Numbered from the stretch's first letter, positions 9,069-18,192 are shown. The stretch: 53,135 nucleotides of DNA from Candidatus Nealsonbacteria bacterium RIFOXYB1_FULL_40_15 (GCA_001821555.1 MHMM01000006.1:1-53135), one strand, 5' to 3'. Numbers and translations: made by a program. Notes: generated by a model from the letters alone, not told the origin.

Positions 9069-9233
9069 GTCTATCTCCTTTCTCTTTTTATTAAGTTGTT
9101 AAAGCCAAAATCTACATCTGGCGAACTGCAATTAATTTATATCATATTTACAATCCAGTCAAACAAAAAATGGCTCTGGGATCAGAACCGTTTTTGAATA
9201 GACTTAGGTCTCGCTCGATACTGTGCTGACTCG

Positions 9234-9311
9234 TGCTGGCGTGTTAGGATTCGAACCTGTAACCTTTTCGTTTTAAAAACGAAATACTCTAACCAGTTGA
9301 GCTACACGCCC
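9234..9311 (-). tRNA. Degenerate tRNA-like gene (anticodon TTA, or Lys-TTT with a 2-nt loop insertion); probable pseudo-tRNA
   Basis: GGGCGTG-TA-GCTC-AACTGGTTA-GAGT...GGTTCGAATCC...CACGCC. It has a G1:A72 mismatch, two T-stem mismatches and a GCA end. Confidence 0.6.
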
Positions 9312-9329
9312 GAAACAAAGAACAAATAT

Positions 9330-9373
9330 GGAAGAGAGAGGACACGCATTACACTCTTCGTCCTCTCTCTTCC
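9330..9373. terminator. 14-bp perfect hairpin, probable terminator of the ABC operon
   Basis: GGAAGAGAGAGGAC-N16-GTCCTCTCTCTTCC followed by a U-rich run on the minus strand. Confidence 0.5.
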
Positions 9374-9507
9374 CGTTTATCAGCAGATCAGGATCTTTTT
9401 TGAACCTCTTTCTGCATTTGCAGGAGCCGACCCCTTCGGGCCATAGAGATTCCGTCCTGATGTGCCGTATGAGTTTCTTTTATCAGAAGCTTGAAACCAT
9501 GTCAATG

Positions 9508-10719
9508 CTATTCGTAGCGGAGGGCTTCCACAGGGCTCATTTTGGCCGCCGAACGCGAGGGCAGATAGCCGGCGATACAGCCGACCAAAAATGAAAAAAT
9601 AAGGCCGAATATAACAAGCTGGGGAGTTATAGACGCCTTCAAATACATTGAGCCTGTGGCTCTTATCGCCAATTCAGCCCCTTTGGCAGCAACAAGACCC
9701 AAAATAATGCCCCCTAGCCCTCCAAACAAACCGAAGAATCCTGACTCTATCAGAAATATGGTTGTTATCGCTTTGTTTTTAGCGCCAACAGCTTTCATAA
9801 TGCCTATTTCCTTTATTCTTTCGTGCACCGAAGTATACATAGTATTCATTATTCCTATGCCTCCGACTATTATAGCAATGGAAGCAAAGCCAATTATAGC
9901 TATCTGGATGATTCCTAAGATATTATCAACTATACCTGTCACTTTTTCAGAACTTAAAACGGAAAAAGAAGGAGAATCCTGCCCTCTGACTCTTTTTCTT
10001 GTTTCAAACAATTCTCCCTTTATATTCTCCACCACCCTTTCGGTATCATATCCTGCTTCTGCTTTGGCAATCAGCATCTTAGCCCCTTTTCTTTCTCCGG
10101 TAATATCTTTAAACATATCAAGATCAACCGTTATAGTAGAATCGTCCTGTTTGTTTCCGACTGACTTTAAGATTCCAGAAACTCTGAATTTTTTGCCATT
10201 AACATTTATTTCGTCTCCGGGCTTCATGCCTGAAAATATTTCTGAAGGAACGGCATTCCCAACAACGGCTTCTTTTTTTCCCAAAGAAGGCCATCTTCCC
10301 TGCTCCAAATTCCAGCCAAAATCGTTTTCAAGAACATCCAGTCCGTCTTCTAAAGAAACCCCGTTTATAAGGACGGTTTTTACCTTGCCCTGATGCCTCA
10401 CTGTCTCCGCCTTGTAATTCATTGGAACTATGGATTCCACTCCTTCCGCTTTTTTTACCGCTTTTATATCGTCTTCTGAAAGCTCCAGCCCGCCCCCGAA
10501 AGTTGTTGCAAAATCATTTATTTCTCCCGGAAAAACCATTATTAGGTCCTTGCCCATCATTCTTAACTGGCTCATCATAGCTCCCTTTATTCCTTCAGAA
10601 AGCGACATCAAAGAAATAATCAGAAAAACGCCTATGACCACGCCTATCATTGTAAGCCAGCTTCTCATAGGCCTTGTTCTCAAGCTCTTTGCGGCTATTT
10701 TTAAAAACTCTTTAATCAT
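9508..10719 (-). CDS. ABC transporter permease, MacB/FtsX family
   Basis: RSWLTMIGVVIGV, GGIGIMNTMYTSVHERIKEIGIMKAVGA, PSRSAAKMSPVEALRYE. Confidence 0.93.
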   Translation of the reverse strand: MIKEFLKIAAKSLRTRPMRSWLTMIGVVIGVFLIISLMSLSEGIKGAMMSQLRMMGKDLIMVFPGEINDFATTFGGGLELSEDDIKAVKKAEGVESIVPMNYKAETVRHQGKVKTVLINGVSLEDGLDVLENDFGWNLEQGRWPSLGKKEAVVGNAVPSEIFSGMKPGDEINVNGKKFRVSGILKSVGNKQDDSTITVDLDMFKDITGERKGAKMLIAKAEAGYDTERVVENIKGELFETRKRVRGQDSPSFSVLSSEKVTGIVDNILGIIQIAIIGFASIAIIVGGIGIMNTMYTSVHERIKEIGIMKAVGAKNKAITTIFLIESGFFGLFGGLGGIILGLVAAKGAELAIRATGSMYLKASITPQLVIFGLIFSFLVGCIAGYLPSRSAAKMSPVEALRYE

Positions 10720-11390
10720 TGGATCTTCCCGTCTTTAATATGGATAGTTTTTTCTGCCAGTTTGGCTATGTTCGGATCATGGGTTACCAAAATCAAGGTT
10801 TTCCCTTCTTCTTTGTTTAGAGTTCTCAAAACTTCCATTATCTTTTTTCCGGTTTCAGAATCTAGGTTTCCCGTAGGTTCATCCGCAACTATTATTTCAG
10901 GATCATTTGCAAGAGCCCTCGCTATGGCTATTCTTTGCTTTTCTCCTCCAGAAAGCTCTGCCGGCCTATGATGTATCCTGTCTTCAAGCCCTAGAGAAAA
11001 TAAAAGTTCTCTGGCCCTTTTAACCCTTTCTTTTTCTGGAGATTTCTGGAAAACCATAGGCAAAATCACATTCTCCTGGGCGGTAAGATTAGGAAAAAGA
11101 TTAAATTGCTGGAAAACAAAACCAATGTTCTTGCCTCTTATTCCGGCAAGTTCGTCTTCGGAGTATCTGGAAATATCTTTCCCTGCAATATACACTTTTC
11201 CTTTAGTCGGAGTATCCAAAGCTCCTATCATATGGAGCAAAGTGGATTTTCCTGATCCTGAAGGACCCATGATTGCCACAAAAGATCCCTTATCCACGCT
11301 AAAACTTATTCCCTTCAATACGGCGAGAGATGTTTGGCCAAACTCATATATTTTCCAGATATCCTCCAGTCTTAAAATATCTTCTGCCAT
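10716..11390 (-). CDS. ABC transporter ATP-binding protein, MacB/LolD family
   Basis: Walker A GPSGSGKST, LSGGEKQR, Walker B IIVADEPTGNLD, VTHD. Confidence 0.95.
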   Translation of the reverse strand: MAEDILRLEDIWKIYEFGQTSLAVLKGISFSVDKGSFVAIMGPSGSGKSTLLHMIGALDTPTKGKVYIAGKDISRYSEDELAGIRGKNIGFVFQQFNLFPNLTAQENVILPMVFQKSPEKERVKRARELLFSLGLEDRIHHRPAELSGGEKQRIAIARALANDPEIIVADEPTGNLDSETGKKIMEVLRTLNKEEGKTLILVTHDPNIAKLAEKTIHIKDGKIQ

Positions 11391-11392
11391 AG

Positions 11393-12982
11393 CTAAATTT
11401 CTACTTTTTCCCCCTCGGAAATTCCAGAAATGACCTCTACATAATCTTCCCCAAAGAGTCCTGTTTTTATTTGTCTTTCTTCTATTCTCCCATTGACGTT
11501 CACCCTGACCTTGGTTATTCCCCCTTCAATTTTTAATGCGCTTCTGGGAACAACCAAGACATTCTCTTTCTTTAGCGTTTGTATTATTACGTCCGCTGTC
11601 ATTCCGGGTTTCATATTTTCTTCCGGCTGATCAAGGTCAATTTTTATTCTATAATAAACAACTCCGTCAATAAGCTTTTCTGCAGGATCAATAGAAACAA
11701 CTCTTCCTAAAAAGTCTTTTCCTGGAAAAGCTGGTATATTTATAACAGCAGGGTTCCCCTCTTCTACCTCCACTATATCTTCTTCGTAGATATCTACCTC
11801 AACCTGGAATGGCCCTGAAGGCATAATTGAAACTATGTAGTCTGTCGGCTGCGCTATTTCCCCTATCCTTTTATTTACCTCAACTACCTTTCCATCCGCA
11901 GGACTTCTTAATTCGCCATCTCCTAATTTATTCTGGAGCAGAAGCGTTCTGGCTTCTGCCTGGCTTATCTTAGCAATATACAAAGACTTTGATTCTTCGG
12001 TTGGGTTAGCTTCTGTAAGCAAAAGCTGGTATTTTGCCGTGTTTAGAGTCGCCTCCGCAGAATCCACGGCCGATTTGGCTGTATTTATGCTTTTAGTATT
12101 AGATACTTTAACCGCAGAAATATCCTGCTGGGCGGATATAATATTGTTTCTGGCTGTATTTAAATATGCTTTATGATTATCCAAAGATGTCTTATATGCG
12201 CTTGAAACTACATTCCTGTATTTTACCGTTTCACTCATTGCCCTGATTGAATCAAGGTTTCCTGAAATATCAAAAAGAAAGGTCCTTGCGTCTAAAAGAC
12301 TCTTTTCAACATCGTTAAAAGATCCTGTCTCGGATATTGAAACTGAAGCAGAAAGACTGTTATAGAGCTTCTGGATACTAGCAAAGTTTTCTAAAACAAC
12401 AAGACTTTCCTGATCATCATAAAAGAAATAATTAAGCTTTACTTCTTTGGCGACAACAAGAGCGTTGTAGGTTTTGAGCTCTGCGTCTTCTAAATCGTCA
12501 ATGGCGTTTTCGTAAGCGTTTTCCGTGTCTTCTTTGGCCGAAGACTCTATATCAGCCAAACTTTGTTTGGCATTGGCGAAAGATTTTTCCGCATTTGAAA
12601 CAGCGACCAAGGCCAAGTTTCTCTCTTCTCCGGATGACCCGGCCAAAAGTTTAAGATAGTCCGCCTTTGCTATTTCAAGAGCTGCCCTCGCTTCGTTTAA
12701 CTCTATAGCGATCTGATCCGAATCCAAAGAGGATATCCTTTGGCCTTTTCTAACGCTGTCCCCCACTTTGACATCTATAGTTTTTACTCTGCCTGAATTC
12801 TTGAATCCTACATTAATCTTTTCAGAAACTTTAACAGTTCCCGTTTCAGAAATCTCTCTCGCCACAGAGCCTTTTTTTACTTCCCATAATTCAGGTTCTG
12901 ATCCTTTGTTTCTAAAGACAAAATAAAGAACAGCTCCGGATAAAATTACTATTCCCAGTATGATTAATGCTATTTTTTTCAT
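11393..12982 (-). CDS. Periplasmic adaptor (MacA/HlyD-like membrane fusion protein)
   Basis: N-terminal TM, lipoyl-like motif VKVGDSVRKGQ, long coiled coil, C-terminal MKPGMTADV and VEVISGISEGE. Confidence 0.88.
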   Translation of the reverse strand: MKKIALIILGIVILSGAVLYFVFRNKGSEPELWEVKKGSVAREISETGTVKVSEKINVGFKNSGRVKTIDVKVGDSVRKGQRISSLDSDQIAIELNEARAALEIAKADYLKLLAGSSGEERNLALVAVSNAEKSFANAKQSLADIESSAKEDTENAYENAIDDLEDAELKTYNALVVAKEVKLNYFFYDDQESLVVLENFASIQKLYNSLSASVSISETGSFNDVEKSLLDARTFLFDISGNLDSIRAMSETVKYRNVVSSAYKTSLDNHKAYLNTARNNIISAQQDISAVKVSNTKSINTAKSAVDSAEATLNTAKYQLLLTEANPTEESKSLYIAKISQAEARTLLLQNKLGDGELRSPADGKVVEVNKRIGEIAQPTDYIVSIMPSGPFQVEVDIYEEDIVEVEEGNPAVINIPAFPGKDFLGRVVSIDPAEKLIDGVVYYRIKIDLDQPEENMKPGMTADVIIQTLKKENVLVVPRSALKIEGGITKVRVNVNGRIEERQIKTGLFGEDYVEVISGISEGEKVEI

Positions 12983-13009
12983 CTAACAAATATTATCATT
13001 TTTTTCTGA

Positions 13010-13738
13010 TTAAAACAACCCCAGAAGAAGCATTATGCAAATTCCCGATAAAAAGGCGAAAAAATGAGGAACAGAAGTTTTAAGCCCGCACCTGTTTTTA
13101 ATCTCGGGTATTAAGTCTGCGGATGATATATAGATAAAACCGCCTGCGGCAAACGGGATAAAATTCTCAACGGAATATCCTTTGTTATAAAGGTAAAATC
13201 CTGCGATTCCTCCCAGAACAGCCGTTATCCCCGACAAGAAATTGAATATGAGAGCTGTTGTCTTCTTAAATCCTCCGTAAACAAGGACTCCGAAGTCTCC
13301 TATTTCCTGCGGAACTTCGTGCAAAATCACAGCCATCGTAGTGGCGATTCCCAAAGGAATAGAAACTATGAAAGAAGCTGCTATTATGGCTCCGTCTATT
13401 ATGTTATGAATAGCATCCGAAAAAAGAATCAGGTATGAAAAGGGGGCTAGATGAACAGTCTTGTGGCAGTGATGCCAGTTTATAAACTGTTCTAAGACGA
13501 AAAATCCGCAGAATCCCAAAAGAATAAAAAAGGAAACCTTAAAAGCGCTTTCTGCTTCCTGGAAAGATTCGGGGATAAGATGAAAAAAGGCTCCTCCCAG
13601 TAAAGCGCCCGCCGAAAAAGCGACCAAAAAAAGATTGATCTTGGCTAGGATGTTTTCTTTTAAAATAAAAGCTAGTATCCCCGTAAAGGATATTAAAGAA
13701 ACAATAAAAGTAGAAGTTATTATGTAAAGCAGGATCAT
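13010..13738 (-). CDS. ZIP-family metal transporter
   Basis: His-rich loop WHHCH, DAIHNIIDG, HEVPQEIGDFG, multi-TM. Confidence 0.9.
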   Translation of the reverse strand: MILLYIITSTFIVSLISFTGILAFILKENILAKINLFLVAFSAGALLGGAFFHLIPESFQEAESAFKVSFFILLGFCGFFVLEQFINWHHCHKTVHLAPFSYLILFSDAIHNIIDGAIIAASFIVSIPLGIATTMAVILHEVPQEIGDFGVLVYGGFKKTTALIFNFLSGITAVLGGIAGFYLYNKGYSVENFIPFAAGGFIYISSADLIPEIKNRCGLKTSVPHFFAFLSGICIMLLLGLF

Positions 13739-14316
13739 AAAAACTGTTTCAAAATTTTAAAGTCTTCTTCTAGGGTTTTCTTCATATTTCCGTTGTAAAT
13801 AGCCACTGCAGGATGATAAAGCGGGATAAATGCAAAGCTTTCTGCTTGGAATAGCTTGCCGTGTATCCTGCTTATTGAATCAAGCTCTTTTTGAAGCCTA
13901 TATTTTTCCATAATAAATTTCATTGAGTGCCTGCCCAAGGCGCAGACTATCTTTGGTTTTATTATCTCAATCTGCCTTACCAAATATGGACTGTAAGAGC
14001 AGATTTCCTGTTCTTCAGGATCTCTATTTTCAGGAGGCCTGTCTTTTACAATATTAGTGATATATACAGATCCTCTTTCCAATCCTATTGTTTTTAAAAG
14101 ATTGTCCAGCATTTTTCCCGCCGATCCGCAGAAAGGCCTGCCCTGCTTGGCCTCATTCCGCCCGGGGGCTTCCCCCACAAACATAACTTCAGCGTCATGG
14201 CTCCCCTCTCCTATAACCGGAAAATAACTGTTTTCTATTCTGTAATTATAAAGAGGGAGGTCTTTTGACGCAATAATCTCCTCTTTTATCTTTCTTAATT
14301 CTTCAGTCTTATCCAT
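13735..14316 (-). CDS. Uracil-DNA glycosylase, family 4
   Basis: [31 protein letters not shown]. Confidence 0.9.
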   Translation of the reverse strand: MDKTEELRKIKEEIIASKDLPLYNYRIENSYFPVIGEGSHDAEVMFVGEAPGRNEAKQGRPFCGSAGKMLDNLLKTIGLERGSVYITNIVKDRPPENRDPEEQEICSYSPYLVRQIEIIKPKIVCALGRHSMKFIMEKYRLQKELDSISRIHGKLFQAESFAFIPLYHPAVAIYNGNMKKTLEEDFKILKQFL

Positions 14317-14360
14317 ATATTTTATTTTACCCTATCCGGCCAAAACAAAAAAGCCCATTT

Positions 14361-14433
14361 AAAAAATGAGTTAAAAAATGAGCCTGGCTCATCGAAAAAT
14401 GAGCGAGGCTCATTTTTTATAGGCTCATTTTTT
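14361..14433. repeat. Cluster of ATGAGCC-N-GGCTCAT palindromic units (REP-like)
   Basis: AAAAAATGAG, AAAAAATGAGCCTGGCTCAT, AAAAATGAGCGAGGCTCATTTTTT and AGGCTCATTTTTT in tandem; the same unit occurs at 30847-30884. Confidence 0.75.
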
Positions 14434-14479
14434 ATATAAGGCAGGGCTTAGACTAAAAACAGACGAGGAAAGAAAGGTT

Positions 14480-15613
14480 TTAGATCAGATTAAAAAGGTA
14501 GTAAGCTCCGAGAATAAATAGAATAACAGCTTCGGCCAATGCCGCCCATGTTACAACTTTGCTTGATGCAAGCCATATCTTCATAGAGAAAAAGGCTATC
14601 AAAAAGACTATGATTTCGTCCAGCATATAAAAAAGGACGAAAATAGAAATATAGGCAATATATTGAAAAGTTGAAAGCCCTGCCTGAGCCAAAACCCCCG
14701 CAAAAGCAACTGGCACTACCGCAGAGCAGGGAAACTCAATGATCGTGATTATTCCTGCGAATAAAAGCACTAATGCCAAAAGAAAAACAATGCTCCCTGA
14801 TTCTTTGAAAAGATTTTGGAATCTTAATGTAATTTTAGATATAAGGCCTATTTTTGAAACTTCGCAGGCAGGCCCATGCTTTCTGAATTTTAAGAAAGCA
14901 TTTAAAAAATATGCTCCTCCTATAATCCCCAAAACACCGACTAAAAACTGCATCAGCTTCATATACGGGACGAAAAGAGCAAATATTTTATACCAAGCCA
15001 CTATTAAAAGTCCGTAAATAAGAGCCGTTGTAAAAATGAAAAGTCCTCCGAAAAGAAGCACTCTTTTCCTAGACTTAAAGGCCAAAACAAGCCCGAGTAT
15101 CAAGACTAGGGCGCCCAAAGAGCAAACGTTGAATCCGTCCAAGGATCCTAAAATAACGGCGAGAAGCGGTAAGGAATAGTTCTTTGTATTTATCGTTCCT
15201 AAAAAAGGAATTCTTACATTCCCCTCCATATCAATAGCAGTGGTTTTATCTCCCGAAACTCCGTCTTTATAGCATATGTCGTCCAAACAGCTCTTTATGT
15301 CTTTTGCCACCTGTCCGTCAAATCCTACGAAATATCTGGCTTTAGTAAATGTGGCAGGAACCATGCCGTGGTAATATTCGGGCACGTTATAGTCATGGTA
15401 ATACTGCTTCAGCTTGCCTATGTTTTCCGATTCTGCGACAGAATACCTGTTTATAACAAGATCTGGATAGTCCTTTTCAAGCTGATCCAGAAACTTTTTC
15501 TCCTCTGCGCAATGGGGGCATGTGGGGCTGTAAAAAAAATCAATCGTTGCCTCTTTTGCAAAAACAAAAAGGGGCAAGAAAAACAATAAAAAACAGAATA
15601 AGATCTTTTTCAT
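14480..15613 (-). CDS. Thioredoxin/glutaredoxin domain fused to a DsbD/CcdA-like membrane domain
   Basis: Signal peptide, FYSPTCPHC, membrane Cys pair DGFNVCSL ... EFPCSAVVP. Confidence 0.78.
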   Translation of the reverse strand: MKKILFCFLLFFLPLFVFAKEATIDFFYSPTCPHCAEEKKFLDQLEKDYPDLVINRYSVAESENIGKLKQYYHDYNVPEYYHGMVPATFTKARYFVGFDGQVAKDIKSCLDDICYKDGVSGDKTTAIDMEGNVRIPFLGTINTKNYSLPLLAVILGSLDGFNVCSLGALVLILGLVLAFKSRKRVLLFGGLFIFTTALIYGLLIVAWYKIFALFVPYMKLMQFLVGVLGIIGGAYFLNAFLKFRKHGPACEVSKIGLISKITLRFQNLFKESGSIVFLLALVLLFAGIITIIEFPCSAVVPVAFAGVLAQAGLSTFQYIAYISIFVLFYMLDEIIVFLIAFFSMKIWLASSKVVTWAALAEAVILFILGAYYLFNLI

Positions 15614-15625
15614 GGGATATAAAAA

Positions 15626-16300
15626 TTATAGCAAAACAAAATCATTAATAACTAAGCCGAAATTGTATCCCAAATATTCTGCGGCCCTCCTGCAGAGAAC
15701 CATTCTGTCCGTAAATATCTCAAAGTATTCCATCACTGGGCAAAAGTTCGTATCTATTTTCAAGGCAAGTATTATCCTTTTCTTTTCTTTGTCTATTCTT
15801 AAGTCGGCTTTTTCGGTCGCATAGTTTACTCTGTCATGTATATCTTTTCTCACATCTTCTGTCCGGTTGGAAGAAACTCTTGACCTATGGACATCCGCCT
15901 TATCAGCCAGAATAACTACCGCAGAAGCAGGATTAGTCAGAGCAAGCTCCCTTACCTTCTCGTCATGATAGGATATGGCTTGCATAATTTTGGTAATCTG
16001 GACTGCATCCGATTCTTTCTGAAAAACCTGATGAAAAAGGATAGCCGCCGTGTAATTATGAAACGGCCTGCCTATGAAATTGCCCATGTCATGGCAAAAA
16101 GCGGCTATTCCAGCTGCTTCTTGGTCTTCTTTGGACAATTCCAACTCTTTTGCTATAGCAAGAGCCCTGTCAGAAACTACAGCAGAATGCCTTAAGCCGT
16201 GATCGGTATAGGCCAGCTTCTTCAGTGCGGCTTCTGTTTTGTTTATAAACTCCAATATCTGCTTGTTTTTCTTAACCTTGGCTAATGTTATCATTAGCAA
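15626..16300 (-). CDS. HD-domain phosphohydrolase
   Basis: DHGLRHS ... CHDMGN ... HD ... LADKAD. Confidence 0.85.
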   Translation of the reverse strand: MLMITLAKVKKNKQILEFINKTEAALKKLAYTDHGLRHSAVVSDRALAIAKELELSKEDQEAAGIAAFCHDMGNFIGRPFHNYTAAILFHQVFQKESDAVQITKIMQAISYHDEKVRELALTNPASAVVILADKADVHRSRVSSNRTEDVRKDIHDRVNYATEKADLRIDKEKKRIILALKIDTNFCPVMEYFEIFTDRMVLCRRAAEYLGYNFGLVINDFVLL

Positions 16301-16311
16301 GATTATACCAT

Positions 16312-16860
16312 TTATCCCATTGCAGATTCAAGCCGCTCGCCTGCTTTATCCCAATTCGCGATATTCCAAAAGTTCTCTACGAATTTTGCCTTCTCATTCT
16401 TATAATCAAGGTAATAGGCATGCTCCCAGACGTCCAAAATAAGAAGGATTTTTGATTCGGGATACAAAAATAGATTATGTTTTTCTATCTGCTCTAAAAG
16501 GAGTTTTCCTGAAAATTTCTCATAAACAAGAACTGCCCAAGCCGAACCTTCTGCTGAAACTGCGGTTTCAGAGAATAGTTTTTTGAAATTTTCAATGTTT
16601 CCAAAGTTCTTTTCAATCTCTTCTTTTATCCTGCCTTCAGGATCGCCCGACTCTTTTCTCATATTTTCCCAAAAAAGAGAATGCAGGATATGTCCTGCCA
16701 GATTGAAAGAAAGAGGCTTTGAGACGCCTTTGTCCAGAAGACTGTTCGCCTTATCCACATATCCTTTGTGATGCTTTGTGTGATGGATAAAAAGCTGTTC
16801 TTCTGAAATGTAGGGCTCCAAGTCTTTATACCCGTAAGGAAGCTTAGGCAGACTATACAT
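16312..16860 (-). CDS. sod: Fe/Mn superoxide dismutase
   Basis: YSLPKLPY, HHTKHH, GHILHSLFW, DVWEHAYYLDY; start set at MYSLP (ORF track opens at 16914). Confidence 0.93.
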   Translation of the reverse strand: MYSLPKLPYGYKDLEPYISEEQLFIHHTKHHKGYVDKANSLLDKGVSKPLSFNLAGHILHSLFWENMRKESGDPEGRIKEEIEKNFGNIENFKKLFSETAVSAEGSAWAVLVYEKFSGKLLLEQIEKHNLFLYPESKILLILDVWEHAYYLDYKNEKAKFVENFWNIANWDKAGERLESAMG

Positions 16861-17131
16861 GTTCTTCTGCTTCTTTTCTGCCTTTTTCAAGCTCTTCACC
16901 CTGTTCCTGGTCAAGCCTTAATAACAATGTTTGGAATTCCCCCACGTGGGTTTTTTCTTCTCTCGCCACATCCAGAAGGATTTCTTTAAGCGACTTGTCA
17001 GTCGCAAGTTCGGCCATTTGTTCATAAAAATTAACAGCGTCTAGCTCTGCTATCATCCCCGCTCTAAGGATTTCCTGATTTAGTTTTTCTTTGGGAACTT
17101 TATCTATGTTTGTTGGAAGTTGAGATAACAT
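16853..17131 (-). CDS. Short ferritin-like protein, encapsulated-ferritin (EncFtn/Flp) type
   Basis: ILRAGMIAELDAVNFYEQMA ... LLDVAREEKTHVGEF: two helices with ferroxidase E/H motifs. Confidence 0.8.
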   Translation of the reverse strand: MLSQLPTNIDKVPKEKLNQEILRAGMIAELDAVNFYEQMAELATDKSLKEILLDVAREEKTHVGEFQTLLLRLDQEQGEELEKGRKEAEEHV

Positions 17132-17140
17132 ATGTTTGAA

Positions 17141-17398
17141 TTAAATATTTTGTTTATACTCTTTTCTTTCAGAATACTCCTGTTTTTTCCCTATATGCCA
17201 CTGGCCCACCGGCCTTATATACCCCACGATCCTAGAATAAACTTCGCATTTCCTGAAATTTGAAAGGGAGGTATTTTTCTTATAGCACTCTTTGCATTTG
17301 TAAACAGTAATCTTTTTCCCGGAATCGTCGTAAACAAGAGTAAGGCCGTCCTCAAGTTCTTTTTTGCAGTCGTAGCATGCAATTTTTGCATTTTCCAT
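17141..17398 (-). CDS. Stand-alone NrdD C-terminal domain (Zn ribbon plus glycyl-radical loop)
   Basis: CYDC ... CKEC, then EVYSRIVGYIRPVGQWHIGKKQEY, the C-terminal motif of class III ribonucleotide reductases, in only 85 aa. Confidence 0.8.
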   Translation of the reverse strand: MENAKIACYDCKKELEDGLTLVYDDSGKKITVYKCKECYKKNTSLSNFRKCEVYSRIVGYIRPVGQWHIGKKQEYSERKEYKQNI

Positions 17399-17747
17399 AA
17401 AAATGTATATTATAGTAGTTTATTTTTCCGACCTTTAGTTTTTTGTTCTTTAATATTCCGCATTTTGAGCAGATTCCAGAAACATCTATTACCTTTCCGC
17501 AAGCTTCGCATATAAAATGAGAGTGGGGAGACGTGTCTGCGTCAAAATGTACAAAACCTTTGGTTAAAATTGCCTTAATATCCCCCCTCTTCTTCAGCTC
17601 CCCCAATATTCTGTAAACAGTCCCCCTGCTTATTTTGGGCATACTTCTTTTCGCCGCTTCATACACCTCTTCTGCGGTAGGGTGAGTTTTTACATTCCTA
17701 AGATAAGAGATTATAAAAGTTTTTTGGGGAGTTATCCTTTCTTTCAT
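17352..17747 (-). CDS. Fur/PerR-family transcriptional regulator
   Basis: HPTAEEVY, ISRGTVYRIL, HSHFICEACG, CKNC; start set at MKERIT. Confidence 0.88.
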   Translation of the reverse strand: MKERITPQKTFIISYLRNVKTHPTAEEVYEAAKRSMPKISRGTVYRILGELKKRGDIKAILTKGFVHFDADTSPHSHFICEACGKVIDVSGICSKCGILKNKKLKVGKINYYNIHFYGKCKNCMLRLQKRT

Positions 17748-17749
17748 AA

Positions 17750-17764
17750 TAGTAATCATTACTA
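17750..17764. promoter_or_regulatory. Fur-family 7-1-7 operator
   Basis: TAGTAAT-C-ATTACTA perfect inverted repeat immediately upstream of the regulator start; same geometry as Fur/PerR/Zur boxes. Confidence 0.7.
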
Positions 17765-17814
17765 ATTATATTCTTTCTGGAGCATAGGTCAACTGTGGAA
17801 AAGTAAGGGGCTCG

Positions 17815-18159
17815 TCATAAGACGAGCCCATTGACCCATGCTTCGGCCATATCCTTCAGGTTGATTCCGCTAAAGGATATAGACCTTTCGTCCAAGAAAG
17901 CTACGGTTTGGCCCGGAAGCTCCTCTCTCCATTTTATTTCTATTCCCAAGGCATCTTTCATAGCTTTTGCTAAAGCTTCGCGAGGATCAGTTTCGCTGCA
18001 ACCAGCTCCCCTTCTGCAGTCCGAAAGTTCCAGAGCAACGGTGCACAATGAATTTGTTTGAGCCATTTGGAACTTTGCAAGCTTCAGCGCTGGATCTTCG
18101 GTTTCACTTTCGTCGTACTTGTAGCCCAGCTCTATTTTCTCCATTACAGCAGCGTCCAT
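17815..18159 (-). CDS. Hypothetical protein
   Basis: ORF with RBS AAGGAG ahead of ATG 18159 and a downstream hairpin GGGCTCGTC-ATAA-GACGAGCCC; no recognisable motif. Confidence 0.65.
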   Translation of the reverse strand: MDAAVMEKIELGYKYDESETEDPALKLAKFQMAQTNSLCTVALELSDCRRGAGCSETDPREALAKAMKDALGIEIKWREELPGQTVAFLDERSISFSGINLKDMAEAWVNGLVL

Positions 18160-18192
18160 GATTCTCTCCTTTCCAAAGAACAATGAATGAAC

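Noticed and set aside
9440-9475. Hammerhead ribozyme core suggested by CTGATG
   Set aside because: It reads CTGATGT rather than CTGATGA, and no GAAA with matching stems was found
13735-14316. Loss of Fe-S Cys in the family-4 UDG (KDRPP for KCRPP)
   Set aside because: Catalytic motifs are intact and cluster-less variants are unremarkable
14361-14433. Possible CRISPR array
   Set aside because: Units are nested palindromes without unique regular spacers; no cas1/cas2 in the window
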